Part shown: positions 13,261 to 25,990 of the stretch, in pieces
How the letters are laid out: every line of letters begins with the position of its first letter
Position numbering within the stretch: position 1 is the first letter of the stretch
NCBI RefSeq assembly: GCF_046119375.1
Contig: NW_027362773.1
Coordinates: 111,228,001-111,292,000, forward strand
DNA from: Phyllobates terribilis
Taxonomy: Eukaryota
Direction: 5' to 3'
DNA length: 64,000 bases
Notes under the pieces: generated by a model
Told to the model about the DNA's origin: nothing
What the model saw: only the letters and a program-made list of their open reading frames with translations
Databases searched by the model: none
Program-made: the position numbers and the translations under genes

Positions 13261-14025
13261 TATGTGCCCTTCCCCTGGCCCTGTCATCTAAAATAAAAGC
13301 ATATTTCTTCAGCTCATCCATAGAGCGCTTTACCTGCCCGACGTCTCACCAGCGTGCTGACCTCATTTTTTTCTTTCACTAAAATATAAAAATAAAGGAT
13401 ACAAGTTTGGTATCGCTGTGGGGAAAGAGTCGGGAGTGTTTTTTTTTAAATAAAGTATTTTTTTTTTTCTTTTTATTACTGGGTTGGTAATGGGGGTGTC
13501 TGATAGACACCTCTCAATTAGTAACACCAGGGCTAGATGCCAGCTGTGGTTTTGGACAATTCACAGCTGACATCAACCCCAACTACGCTTACCCCGATTG
13601 CCACCGCACCAGTGCAATCGGGAAGAGCTACTGTGATGCGCCACTTCTGGGGCGGCTGCAGACTGGTATTTTTAGGCGGGGAACCATGGACCTTCCCAGC
13701 CTGATAATATCAGCTCACAGCTGTCTGCTTTACCTTTGCCCGATTCCAGCTGAGGAAAAACTTCTGATGAGCACTGCCTCATTGAATAACATTGGTGCGA
13801 GCGCAATGCAATTTTTTTTTTTTATCACATTGCACTCCGCGTATTTATACGCCGATGTGAGCGAACCCCTAACCCCATTATTTTCTGGCTATTCGTCTCC
13901 ATGATGGCAGGCGCTGATCTTGGCTTTGGGGAACACTATCCCCCCGGTCGTAGAGCACGGCCACACATATGGACCAACTGCATCATGTGTTAGGGAGCGC
14001 AGGTTTGCATGGAAAAAAATAAGCG

Positions 14026-14110
14026 AATGCGCTAGTGTGGTTAATGCGCTAGTGTGGTTAATGCGCTAGTGTGGTTAATGCGCTAGTGTGGTTAATGCGC
14101 TAGTGTGGTT
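14026..14110. repeat. 17-bp tandem repeat x5
   Basis: AATGCGCTAGTGTGGTT repeated exactly. Confidence 0.95.
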
Positions 14111-14423
14111 GGATTTATGCTCTGGACCAGTACCTGTAATTATGGGCTCACAGACGGGATGTGGATGAGGCCAGTGTGCAGAGACTGCTCCGAGAAGGCT
14201 CCAGGACAAAATCATGCAATGTCAGTGAATAAAATGGCAGTTGGCGCTATTGCAAAAAAATCTATTATCTTTTTTATAACTTTCAGGTCACGATGTTCCC
14301 CCATATACTAACATTACGCTGTGATGCAGCAGTAAGGGCGAGTGTCGTCCCCAAATCACTGTGTATCTCCAGTCCAGTGGGTGCAATAAGGGCCGCTGCT
14401 ACCGTCATTAATGGTTTTTACCC

Positions 14424-14576
14424 NNNNNNNNNNNNNNNNNNNNNNNNNNNNNNNNNNNNNNNNNNNNNNNNNNNNNNNNNNNNNNNNNNNNNNNNNNNNN
14501 NNNNNNNNNNNNNNNNNNNNNNNNNNNNNNNNNNNNNNNNNNNNNNNNNNNNNNNNNNNNNNNNNNNNNNNNNNNN
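14424..14576. other. Assembly gap (N run)
   Basis: Run of N. Confidence 1.
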
Positions 14577-14739
14577 CAGCTTCTCCTTCTCTCACATAGC
14601 TGTGTCTGTAGTCACGCACTCACCCTCAGCCAGTGGTGTAATCGGCCGCTTCCTTCTATTCTCCTCTATTGCTTCCTATGCTCCGTCCAGCTGTAGATTC
14701 CCAGCCATTCTACACGCCTTTATCTTGCGCTTTCTCTTT

Positions 14740-14900
14740 CGGGACAGCAGAGGGCGCTCTGAATTTAACGATAACATGCGCAGATGATTCTTCCCTTCCT
14801 GCTGGGGCATGATGGGTCGTGGGCGGAGCATCTCGTGTACGTCAGCACGTCGGCGTGTAGTTCTCACTCAGATGCGAATGACTGCAGCTGGAGGCGTCAC
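14740..14900 (+). promoter_or_regulatory. B4GAT1: Probable CpG-rich B4GAT1 promoter
   Basis: Local CpG enrichment, GC box GGGCGGAG, ACATGCGCAG (NRF1-like) and TACGTCA/CACGTC motifs about 300 bp upstream of the ATG; transcription start not known. Confidence 0.55.
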
Positions 14901-15154
14901 GGTGAGGTGTGATGAGAGGGGGCTGCAGGGTGAAGTGTGAGTGCGGCCGGTCCTGAGTGGTGGTGGCCGCAGGGGGAGCAGGTCCTGAGTGGTGGTGGCC
15001 GCAGGGGGCGCTGTTCCTGGCCTCTCTTGCAGTGCTGGGTGCAGAGCAGTGTGATGGGTGCACCCCACCAGCTGTCAGTCTCTTTCTACAAGGACAGGGG
15101 TTGATTTTACACCATAAGTGGGACTCAAACCCCCCACCCCCCAAAAAAGGGGCA

Positions 15155-16228
15155 ATGCCAACTGCGGTGCGTTGCTCCTTTTTCCGTGTGGTCCTAGTCG
15201 CCCTCCTCCTCGTCGCGCTCCTCCAGCTCCTCTACCTCTCGCTTCTTTCTAACCTCCATGGACAGCAGCAGCAGCGCTCTGCCCACCCAGTACTGGCGGG
15301 CACACCCCGGGCAGAGCCAAGATGGCAGCGGGAGCAGAAGGACCACCTGAAAGCAGTGCTGGCGTCCGGTGGCGTCCTAGATACCGGGGGACAGTACCGC
15401 ATTTATCGCCATCTTTTGGCCCGTGAAGCTGCGCAGTCTAAAGATTTGGCGTTGGCGTCTCACGCCAGCCTGAGTAACCTGTGGCATCTGCAGGAGCTGG
15501 TACAGCGGTGGGATGGTCGGATCTCATTAGCGCTGTTTGCATCTAGCGGTGCCCAGGTGAAACTAGCCACTGTGCTGACCTATACCCTTGCCCAGCTGTG
15601 CCCGTCAGTGAGGCAGAGGGTATCCGTCCATCTGGTGTGCCAGTCCGGAGATTCAGCCGTCTTCTCGGAACAAGATGATGCAGCTGAGTTTGCCCATCTT
15701 CAGACCTGTCAGGCCGTCTTCGCCAAGGCAGCGAATCTGGGCACAAATATAATAAACTATGCAGGGAACACATCTTACCCCAACAACCTGCTACGAAACG
15801 TCGCCAGGGGCGGAACGGGCAATGCAGCCTTTGTACTGGTGCTCGATATCGATATGGTGCCCAGTCAGGGGCTGAGATCAGGCTTTTTAGATCTGGCCGC
15901 TCAGGGGGTTGATCCTCACCTGGTATTTGTGGTGCCAGCCTTTGAAATTAGACATACTAGGCGGCTGCCTGGCACCAAGGAGGAATTGCTGCGACTGTAT
16001 CAGGTGGGAGAAGTGCGAGCGTTTTATGAGGAGTTGTGCCCACGATGCCAAGCACCTACTAACTATTCAGTCTGGCTAAACCTACCGGAGAAGGACACTT
16101 CTGGCAGACTGGCGGTTGCCTATGTGGTGGAGTGGAGAGATCCCTGGGAACCGTTCTATATCGGGAGTAAGGATGTGCCAGCCTACGACGAGAGGTTCAA
16201 GCAGTACGGATTTAACAGGATCAGTCAG
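15155..16228 (+). CDS. B4GAT1: Beta-1,4-glucuronyltransferase 1, coding exon 1
   Basis: MPTAVRCSFFRVVLVALLLVALLQLLYLSLLSNLHG (type II TM anchor), YPNNLLRNVAR, VLDIDM (DxD), PWEPFYIG, YDERFKQYGFNRISQ|GTAAGG phase-0 donor. Confidence 0.97.
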
Positions 16229-17268
16229 GTAAGGTTCAGATAGATTTTATAAACACTGTGGTTTCTGTTTGGGGGCAAGTTGAAGGGAGTGTCCACTACT
16301 GTGATGCCCTTAGGGTAGGTCCTCAATATATGTTTAATGGGGGTCCGACAGCTGATACCTCTGGCAATTGCCAGATGTAAAGGGTGTATGGAGTGGAGCA
16401 AAACAGCGCTGCACACCGTGTAGTGGCTGCTGCCAGGTACTGCAGGTCAGCTCCTATTCACCTGAATGTGATCTGAGATCCAGTGCCCAGAGCTGGCTAC
16501 TATACATTGAACGGAGCTGTGCTGTTCGCTAAGTACACGGTATACATCCAGCCATCGCTGGAGCTAATAACTGCTGATTGTGGGGGTGCCACCTGTGTGA
16601 CCCCAACTAATCTAATATTTATGACCTATTGTGTGGGCTTCCCAGTAGTGGGCTTCTTCCCAATCTAAGATGTTAGAGTGCATCCTAGATTAGGTGCAGG
16701 AGTATGAAGAGGATGCCATACAAACCTGGTGCCAGCTGTGTTATACAGCCAGCACCGACTTCTTATAACAGCAACCAGAGGTGACATTAATTGCTGTCAT
16801 TTAACCATTTTGGTGCTGCTGTCATTTTATCACAGCGGCGTTGAATTAGTTGTGATCGGTCTGCGTTGTTGGGGGGGGGGGGGTTGTCTACTGAAGGCTC
16901 CAGATGCCGTTATCCTTGTACTCCCATGAAGCCCACCCTGTGTTATATACTACAGTATATAAAGACCACAGGATCAATTTCTCTAGGGAGATTTTATTAA
17001 TAAAAAAAAAAAAATGCAAGTTAGTTGAAAACCGTTTTTAAAGATATATAAAAGTCTAAACCGCTCTCCGTTTCCCCAATTTAAAAGTAAATTAAAAAAA
17101 TAATTTGGCATCACCGCCTGCATAGCTGTCTAATCTGTGAAATGATTAATTCTCTCCTATGCTATACAGAAAATTTAAACTGTCAAAATTGGTGTTTTTC
17201 GATCATCTCATCTTTAAAAAAAAATACGGTCATGAGCTCTGACAGTATCTTTGCTTTTTTTCCTGTAG

Positions 17269-17460
17269 GCTTGTGAGCTGAATATGGCCGGCTTCTCCTT
17301 TGCGGTCCTGGACTCTGCATTTTTGCTTCATAAAGGTCATAAGCTTCCCGGAGACTTCCACAGTCAGAAAGAGGAGGAGAACAAAAGAAACCGCTTACTC
17401 TACAGGGGCTTCAAGGAGGAGCTGAAGATGAAGTACCCCGATTCCAGCAGACGCTGTTAA
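17269..17460 (+). CDS. B4GAT1: B4GAT1 coding exon 2
   Basis: TTTTCCTGTAG| [25 protein letters not shown]...[16 protein letters not shown]; total protein 421 aa. Confidence 0.97.
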   Translation, partial: ACELNMAGFSFAVLDSAFLLHKGHKLPGDFHSQKEEENKRNRLLYRGFKEELKMKYPDSSRRC

Positions 17461-17991
17461 TAGTATTGATGACCTGGATTGTGTGATGAGTGGGAGATGT
17501 AGGTCATGGACTCTGTATTTTTTTAGAATTGTGCGATGGGTCTACATCTAGCAAATCTAGCGACCCCGCCACCCCTCCAATGTGACGTAATATACCTTTT
17601 TATTTATTGATGTGTGCGACTACTGAGAATCTGAGACTGCATTTATCAGTCAGATCATCCTCCTCCAGTATTCCTGAAGTCTGGTCATCAGTCATTTTTT
17701 AGGAGAATGGGTCTTCCTTGTTCCTACTCTCTATAAAAAGTTTTCTTTTTTTTTTTAAAGAAAGTTTTCAGTGTTAGACCGGTTACATACAACTAAAACA
17801 TTTACTGAACTGAACACTCCGGGAGAGCCGCCGGCGGTCCGTCACTGCCTCGGGAAACAGGCCTAGCCTGATAAATGACTGTCGGCCCTCCCTGTATTCA
17901 TACACCAAGAACCCAATAGTGAAGGAAGGATAACTGCCGCACACAACACAGAAAGTGGGAATATACTTTTTTTTTTTTTTTTTTTTTTTAA

Positions 17992-18269
17992 AAGGGACTC
18001 CGCCAGCGCAGAATGACTGTTCAGACTAAGTCCTACCGCTCAATGCTTCATGGCGGAGCCAATCATTTATATACACCTTCCCACCTGCTTGTTTTCCCAC
18101 AATCTCCACCTCCTCTTCTTTGACAGCTCTGGCTTCATAGAGCGAGAGAAGGGTTGAAATAAATAGAAACCAAGCAGCAGGAAGGTGTATATAAATGATT
18201 GGCTGCACCATGATGCACCGAGCGCCTGTGCTTGGTTTGAACAGTCAATCTGTGATCAGAGTCCCCTTT
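17992..18269. mobile_element. TTAA MITE downstream of the B4GAT1 stop (probable 3' UTR)
   Basis: TTAA|AAGGGACTC ... GAGTCCCCT|TTAA termini. Confidence 0.65.
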
Positions 18270-19601
18270 AATATAAGTATTGCCCGTTGCTCTTTTCTGT
18301 ATTGTACGATCACTCACCTGAAACATCTCATTTTCCTGCTTTACCACAGCTGAACTTCTGTTATCCTTCTGTATATTTATTCTCTTTTATTTTTTCCTGT
18401 CTTTTCTCCTTCTTGTCGGTATACTTGCAGTATTTGGAGCTATAATAAAAAAAAAAAAAAGCTCAATCTAGTTTGTGGGGTTTCTTTGCTTGATTTTTAA
18501 TAATCACCTTCTTGTTTGTAAAATGTGATCCAGTTGCGTTTACAGCTTATAGAAAACCACAGCACGTTACACAATTGTATGGAAGGGATAACTGTTTTCT
18601 GCAAGCTGTTTCATTGTTTTTATTTTTTTCTTATAGAAAAAAAAAAAAACATTATAATCCATTTACACTCGCATGTATTACTGCCCCATGTATCCTCTGA
18701 GTTGTACACAACCATAAGCTATGGCTGCTACTAACAGTCCAAACAATAGCCGGCACTCACATCTTCTTAGAACAATTGCTTTATTGATCCAGAAGAATAA
18801 AAGGCACAAAAAATGGTTGAACACAACAGCACAAAAAATAAAAATGCAGAAAAGAAATATCCGCTGCGCTCCCAGGCAACATGTCTCACACCTACATGGT
18901 CCTTTGTCAAGCCAATGGGTGCCATTCTGCATTTCCAGTTTTCTGTTTTTTCTTTTTCCTTTTGGATTCACATAGATAAATCATTTTTTAGTGAAGTGTT
19001 TGTTTATTTCACCCGATCTTGCTTTCTCGAGAATTTATTGTAGGGAACCAAAATTCCGTAATAGTGCCCAGAAATGCTTATTACAGTGCCAGCGCCCTTT
19101 TTTTCCCCCTAATGTACAGTGCTTGGCATCCTGCCCTTACTATTTTTAATATGAAAAAATGTAACCTAATCCTGAATGATCACTTTAAATTTGCACCTGA
19201 GCGATTTTGTTTTTTTTATTAGTTTACAGAAGAGGCAATAATATCAGTAATGTGTGCTGAAAGAGCAGCTGCCGTTTCTTGCGCTGCTCCACTGCCTCTC
19301 CTGCATCGTATGGCTGCAGGTCGTTCTCTTTTGGGCTCACACCTCGGACAGTTAGCTCCTTTGTTACTGTAAGCTGATGAGAGCCTTGTTCTGAGTCTCA
19401 TAGACTTAAATTTAGCAAGACGACACAGCGTGCGTCGGGAGGTCACAGCTGTTGTCACATGATGCAGGAGAGGTTTAGCGCTGCGCTGGAAACTGCAGAA
19501 GACGGCAGACGGGAAGAATTTTAATGCGCACGTTGTACATACGTTATTGATCGCTAACAGAGGGGGCAGTTCATAAAATCCCTGATTTAGCGGTACATTA
19601 A

Positions 19602-19922
19602 AGGGATATTCCCATCTCCACGATCCTATCCCAGTATGTCGTAGGTGTAATAATATTAGAAATGTAGTTCTTCTGATTAGCTATGTTGCTTACCGCATGT
19701 TCAGGGCATTGTAGGAGCTTAGGTATCTGTGGTTACGACCACTACTAACTGTCACTAGATGAGTGGCTGTAACCATGGATACCTGACCTGCTGCAACGCC
19801 CTGCACCTGGTATAATCAGAAGAACTATACTACATTTCTAATTGGGGGTATTAGCTAATATTATTATTATTATTACACCTACCACATATTGGGATAGCAT
19901 CTTGGAGATGGGAATACACCGT
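19602..19922. mobile_element. T2-type TTAA MITE (same family as 7898-8252)
   Basis: TTAA|AGGGATATTCCCATCTCCACGATCCTATCCC ... GGGATAGCATCTTGGAGATGGGAATAC. Confidence 0.8.
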
Positions 19923-20344
19923 TACGTAAAGTTTTTTAATTCCTGTCGCTTTATAAATCAATACTGGCAATTCAATGTTTAGTCTGTAAGGCTCTGTTCA
20001 CACCTGCGGTATGCATTTTTTGTTCTCGGCACAGGAAACTTGGATTTATGTGGAGGATTGAGCTGGTATAGATGAATGACAAAAGGACGTGACCTCTTCC
20101 TTGTAAGGCTCTGTTCACACTTGTGTTCGGACATTCCATTTGCTGTTCTGTGTTCAAGCACAAAAGCAGGTGTGAACTTAGCTGTACCATGTGCTCACTG
20201 TCACCACAATCTGCTCAGGGACGCAGCACAGGAAGACTTCAAGCTTGATTCCGTATCCCACAATGCACCGCTCTGTGGGCGTTCTAGCCGCACTGCAGAA
20301 CTCTATGATTTCCTTTATTACGATTGGACGCAGTGTTTATTTTA

Positions 20345-20490
20345 CACTAGAGGCGGGGTCTTACAGATGTCCCGCCCCCTTCGTGCATGATTGGCTGCCC
20401 GCTCTGCGCGCTTTTCTCTGATTGGCTCAGTCTCACGTCGGTCAGAGAGAAGCGATGTGGAGGAAGGCAACAGTGTGATGACGTCACGGC
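20345..20490 (+). promoter_or_regulatory. BRMS1: BRMS1 promoter
   Basis: Two GC boxes (20350, 20371), two inverted CCAAT boxes 31 bp apart (ATTGG at 20390 and 20421) and a perfect CRE TGACGTCA at 20479-20486, in a CpG-rich segment. Confidence 0.7.
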
Positions 20491-20551
20491 CAAACTAAAG
20501 GAAGCGAGAAAAGTGAATGAAACGGGAGAAGGCGGCGAGTAACGGGCACAG
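20490..20551 (+). other. BRMS1: BRMS1 non-coding exon 1 (start approximate)
   Basis: Ends at strong donor CAG|GTGAGT (20552) just downstream of the promoter motifs; human BRMS1 also has a non-coding first exon. Confidence 0.65.
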
Positions 20552-21807
20552 GTGAGTGTGTGGCGGGCGAGGAGCAGCCACGGGTCGGTTGTGCTGGACC
20601 GGTCCACGCTGACCTCTTGCCACGGTGTGGAGACCTCAGGTGGTATCGGGGGGGCTGGCCACCTGCAGGGGCATGGGGTTACTCAGGAGAGGGGGGGGGG
20701 GGGGGGGGGTCTGTATAAGGGAGCGTGCTGGGTTTCCCAGGCAGGACTGCAGGGAGTCTGCAGGTTCCTGGGGCCTGGATGCGTGTATGACAATGGGAAC
20801 CGCTCCAGATGTGACCCCAAAATAGTGTCTGTGCCCTTCTGTGTGTTACCAGGGGGAAATACAGAGGGTGCAGGATCTGGGGTCACACCCAGGCCCGAAG
20901 AGTCCCAAAGACCAATCTGTCAGCAGGTATTTGTCTGTAGTCTGAGAGCAGCATGACGTCAGAGCAGAGACCCTGATTCCAGCGATATATCACTTCCTGG
21001 GCTGCTGGCTGTAGTTTTTTCATAAAATCAGTTTTATCAGCAGGGGATTATCACTTGAGGACTAGTAACCCGCTGCCATGTAGTCCTTCATATTCATCAG
21101 CTCTGTATAACCCCCACCACTGATTGGCAGCTTTCTGCCTATGCACAGTATACACAGGACACTGCCAATCAGAGGTGTGGGCGGGGTTATGAAACATTTC
21201 TTCAAAACTACAGCAAGCAGCCCAGTAAGTGACACATCACTGGAATCAGGGTCTCTGCCCCTACATCATGTTGCTCTCAGAGCAAAAAAAACTGGTGAGA
21301 GATTCCCTTTAAACACCCTGATCACAATGGAGCGCTACTGATTCTTATCGCTCGGTAGAATTACGACTAACCTTAAAAAAGCATCAAGGACGTCCCAGCA
21401 CCTGCTCTCCCCCTGTCTGATTACACACAGGAGAGGAGGGGGGTTCATGTGGTCCCCTGGAGCACCGCAGACGGGTGGTTCTCTCCATGGGAGCACAAGG
21501 ACATTTGTTTAGGGATGGGGAAGTGACACTCTCCCCAAATACTGCAGATTATTTTTCGTTAATATCAGATATTTTTATTCGGGTTTTCTGTAGAAAACAA
21601 AACACAAAAGACGGCCGAACATAAGACCTGCACAAATAGTGATACATCCAGGCTTCTATCTAGTTGCTTAGTTATGGCATTGGTGTACAGATAGTGGAAA
21701 CATTCATTATTATTTTTTTTATATACTTCCTTGGGGAAGGTGTTGGGGGGGGGGGGGGGTGACCATATTGTAAATATACATTTTCCTTCCTTTTATTGTC
21801 CGTGTAG

Positions 21808-21853
21808 CAGTTAAGGTTCTATTGACAGAAATGTCATAGACCAGGGAGCAAAG
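21808..21853 (+). other. BRMS1: Putative extra BRMS1 5' UTR exon
   Basis: Pyrimidine tract plus TAG|CAG| tandem acceptor and consensus donor AAG|GTAAGT. Confidence 0.5.
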
Positions 21854-22280
21854 GTAAGTAAGTGGAATTTACTAATATACTTTTTATATCTGTGGGGGTT
21901 GCCCTGCCCTGATTGGCAGGTGTGGGAGTGCCACTCCACTTTTGGATTATGTTCAACACAGGAGTCTCCTGTGTCACCCCCTTACTGCACAGTGAAAGGG
22001 GGGGGGGTTAAGGTCTGGCTTCACACGACTTTTCTGAAAACTTTCCTACGTCTATCACATAATGGAGCCGATGGCGCTGTGCCCGAGGCCGGTACTTGTA
22101 GATTAGGGCATCTTTGTGATTAAATATATATTTGTAAACTCTGTATCTGATCTAAAGGTAATTTTTGAAAATTTCAGTCTCTTGTTAAAGGTCTCATAAA
22201 AAATGAGAAATGTTTGTAATAAAAGCCTTTTTTTTTTCCTTTATACCCCCCCAGAAGAGAACAGAATTTATTCTCTCATA

Positions 22281-22386
22281 ATGGATCCTGAAGCAGATTC
22301 AGCTACAGAAATGAACGGGCAAGATGAAGTGGACAGTGAGCGGGAGGACAGTGTCAGTCAGTCGGACTCCGAGGAGGAGAGCTCTG
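22281..22386 (+). CDS. BRMS1: BRMS1 coding exon 1 (exon begins ~22255)
   Basis: MDPEADSATEMNGQDEVDSEREDSVSQSDSEEESS, acidic N-terminus as in human (EGDSAAEMNGEEE...SEEESSE); phase-1 donor G|GTCTGT (weak). Confidence 0.85.
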
Positions 22387-23083
22387 GTCTGTGTTTGCCA
22401 TGTTATTTATTACGTTGTACTTCTGTATATCTGGCTGGAAACTTCTGCTTTATAAAAAGATGTTCCAAATCCATCAGAGATTCTGCTCCTGGTTGTGACT
22501 GCTTTCCTGGTTACTTAATACAAGAAATGGCAGCCGGGAGGGAGTTGTACACATTTACACATGGTGGAGAGGGGGCTAAGTATCTAGAGTCTCAAGGAGG
22601 GAAGAGGAAAAAGGCTTTGGAATAGGAGGAAATAAGTGCATCCTGAACTCTCACCCACCCTAGAGAAAAATAAGAAAATTGGATCTTTATGCAAACTTCT
22701 TATCGGTGGTCATCAGAAAAAAAAATGAAGATTACAGACGGAAACTCCATTTTTATTAATCCCCGATAACATATGTCTTTAAGTTCCATTTCTGCCCTGG
22801 TCAAATATGTAGTTAAAAAAAAAAAAATTAAACTGGAGGGAAAAAATTTAAAAGGTGCACGCACACACCTATCCTAGGGTTTTGGAGCAGAAACAGAAAC
22901 TTTCCAAACACTCCTTAAAAACTTGGATGCTGTGCCCTGAAAACTCTTCAGAAAAAAATAATTTAATATACAAATAATATAATTATTAGACGTCTTGGCA
23001 TTAGGATATTTTTTTTTTTATTTGTGTCAATGAAATCTGGTGCATTGTATGAGACCGGTTATTGCAATCTTTCCTTTTAACAG

Positions 23084-23174
23084 ATATGGATGACTTGGAT
23101 TGTGAACGTCGTAGAAATGAGTGTCTTGATGAGATGTGCCATCTGGAAAAACAGTTCTCAGAACTGAAGGAAAA
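23084..23174 (+). CDS. BRMS1: BRMS1 coding exon 2
   Basis: [30 protein letters not shown]; canonical AG/GT, 91 bp. Confidence 0.95.
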
Positions 23175-23545
23175 GTGAGTTTAAAAAAAAAAATAAAATA
23201 AAAAAAACTAGAAATACTGATAATTTATAAGCCAAAACCAGGAGTGGGTGATAAATGCAGAAGCGATGACGTGTTTCTATTAGACTTTTCCTCTGATTGT
23301 TCAACTCCTTGTTTTGGCTTATAAATACTGGTGTAAAATACTGAACGTGGCCTTAAGCTGATCGTAGACAGACTTTTGTCCATACAGAATCTATACAGAG
23401 TCCTACTGCAGATTAGGATTAGTTTTGATTATTCCCAGAGCTTGAATATTGTTCTACGTTAGTTTATTAACCCCCTTGGATTTGCAATGTATTACCATGA
23501 CTGAGATATGGATGGATGTATTCTACTGAAATATATTGTCTCCAG

Positions 23546-23673
23546 ATTATTTAAGGAACGATTAAGCCAGCTAAAAGCCAAATTGGAAGAGGTGACGTCC
23601 GGAAAAGCTTTGGAGTACATCAGTCCTCTTGCAGACTTACAGAAGAACATGAAAATCCGCATTGAAGTGGCAG
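23546..23673 (+). CDS. BRMS1: BRMS1 coding exon 3
   Basis: [42 protein letters not shown]; 128 bp. Confidence 0.95.
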
Positions 23674-23756
23674 GTAGCATCTTATTTCCATTCTGGTGCG
23701 GTCGCTGCCACCACTGGACAGATTTCTCCAGGAGTCATGTCTGTCTCTTATTTTAG

Positions 23757-23836
23757 GCATCTATAAGGGATTTTGTTTGGATGTCATCAAAAACCGATAT
23801 GAATGTGAACTGCAGGGTGCAAAGCAACATTTAGAG
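23757..23836 (+). CDS. BRMS1: BRMS1 coding exon 4
   Basis: GIYKGFCLDVIKNRYECELQGAKQHLE; 80 bp. Confidence 0.95.
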
Positions 23837-24088
23837 GTAAGGAAGTCTTCTGCCTTTCTGTTTCCTCCACTTCCACAGGGTTCTCTGCAAATACCCTATG
23901 GGCAGGGGTCACCCCAGCTCTTCGCATTTAGACAGAGCTGGGGGAAAGGGAGAATGGCTTGAAAGTGCCAGAAATTGCATTTGTTTGCATAACTTCGTGC
24001 TGTGGCAAAAAAAAAAAATGCAACTTTTAATTTTTTTAATTACAAGAAATGTAGCAAAAATCTTTGAACCACCCCAAAGTCTTTTTAA

Positions 24089-24624
24089 AGGGAACCTGTC
24101 AGCAGGATTTTGCTAAGTAAACTACAGGCAGTGTCATGTTCGGGCTGCTGCACTGATTAAAATGATACCTGAAGTGAAGAAATCAGTCTTGTGGTTCTTG
24201 TGTAATCAGTGTTTTCAGTTTTGAGTTAATGATATACTCGTGCTCCGGGGCGGGCCTGTAGGCTGGTCTCATCTTGCGCTCTAGGCCAGATCAGACAGAA
24301 AACACGGGCCTTCCCCGAAGCACAAGTATGTTCCTCATCATAGAGACAGACAGCCAGCCAGGGTCTGCCTGAGTCTCTCTGAATATACTTGTGCTTCGGG
24401 GCGGGCCCGTGGGCAGGTATTTTCTTGCTGATCTGGCCTAGAGCACAAGATGAGACCTGCCTATAGGACTGCCCCGTAACACGAGCATATCATTAACTCA
24501 AAGCTGCAAACACTGATTACACAAGGCGGGTTTCTTCACCTCAGGTATCATATTAATCAGTGAAGCAGCTTCAACATGATGATGCCTGTAGCTTACTTGG
24601 CAAAATCATGCTGACAGGTTCCCT
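24089..24624. mobile_element. T2-type palindromic TTAA MITE in BRMS1 intron
   Basis: TTAA|AGGGAACCTGTCAGCA ... TGCTGACAGGTTCCCT|TTAA with long internal inverted symmetry. Confidence 0.85.
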
Positions 24625-25435
24625 TTAAGATGCTGGTGGACCTGCTGAGTTTCTCAAAACAAAGACTTCTGAAAATCACCAGTGGTTTCTTTTCCTGAAG
24701 GTCTTTTTTTTTTCCTTTTTTCTTCCGCCTGTCAAACGGAAGAACGGTCAAGTCACTTTCAGACACTTCATGGCTTTCGCATCTTGAAGCGATTGAAAGA
24801 GGTGACCAAAGACTGACCATATGTACAAGTGCTTTTGACACTGCTGTGCATTAGGTTCATTCTTTGTATTGTGTTTTGTGCACTTACCCTTAACGTTTAA
24901 TTTTCTTCTGTCTATTGGTTTGTTCAATTTGAGTTAAAGGGAATCTGTCAGTAGGATCAGCCCTCCTAAGCCATCTCTATCCTCATGTAGGTCATAGGAA
25001 GCTGAATAAAGTGATACCTTGATATCTGTGATCTGATGTCTTATTCCAGAGAAATGCATGTTTTTATTATATGTAAATGAGCTGTTAAGATCTATGGGCC
25101 GGACATGGATCTCTCTGAGAATCAGCCTCCAGAGCTGCTTATAAATGAAAGGGAGCATTACCAGTGTGAGACATGTAATGACTGACAGTCAGCTCTCCTG
25201 ATCTCACTGCAGAGCTGTGTGTGATTATAACTGACACATCTGCAGGTTCCTCTCAGCTTCCATCTCACTGGCCAGCAGAGCTGTGAGAGCTGCAGCTGCT
25301 AACGTGTTTGTTTAGAGACAAAGCTCAGTTCTTCTCTTCTGTTACACATCTCGCACTGCTAATAAAACCTTCATTACTAGAATATCATATTCACTGTTAT
25401 ATCGTTCATTTACACATGTATTTTGCTGTTTCCAG

Positions 25436-25532
25436 AGTGAGAAGATCCTGCTGTTCGATAACATGCAGTGTGAGCTTCTAGAGCGGATCCAGAGGCTGGA
25501 GGAAGATCGGCAGAGCATCGACATTTCATCCG
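25436..25532 (+). CDS. BRMS1: BRMS1 coding exon 5
   Basis: [32 protein letters not shown]; 97 bp. Confidence 0.95.
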
Positions 25533-25897
25533 GTATGAAACCTCATCAGAGTATATTGTGTAAATACCGCCTTATATTGTACACTGATTTTTTTTGTAAG
25601 ATACACTAATGCTTACTTGTACAGTTCCCACATGTATCCGACACTTGTGGGTGCTGTCACTCTGGAGGAATCGGGAAGGGCATGTGCTATAATGCTACTT
25701 TATGTGGAGAATGCCGGCTCGTGCCAGGCCAGCAGATTTTCCATTGATGGATGCTAACTGCTAGCGCTTCAATAGTTAAACAGTAAGAAAAACGGAGAGA
25801 AAATTGCATTAGAAAATAAACTAAAGAGGTTTCTCATCCTATGGGGCAGCATAGTCTTCACCCAGCATAAACAGCTTGCATGTTTTTCATTCATTAG

Positions 25898-25990
25898 AGT
25901 GGTGGGATGAAGAATTAAGGTCAAAACGAAGCCGCAGAAAATGGGATTCATTCCGATCTGAGAAGAAGAGGAGGGTCCCATTGGTTTCTG
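25898..25990 (+). CDS. BRMS1: BRMS1 coding exon 6
   Basis: EWWDEELRSKRSRRKWDSFRSEKKRRVPLVS; 93 bp. Confidence 0.93.

Noticed and set aside
14957-15154. 428-aa ORF start at GTG 14957 as the B4GAT1 start
   Set aside because: Homology begins at ATG 15155; the ORF tail VRFR is intron read-through past the donor at 16229.
22203-22625. 140-aa ORF as an alternative BRMS1 product
   Set aside because: It is the first coding exon plus read-through of flanking intron sequence.
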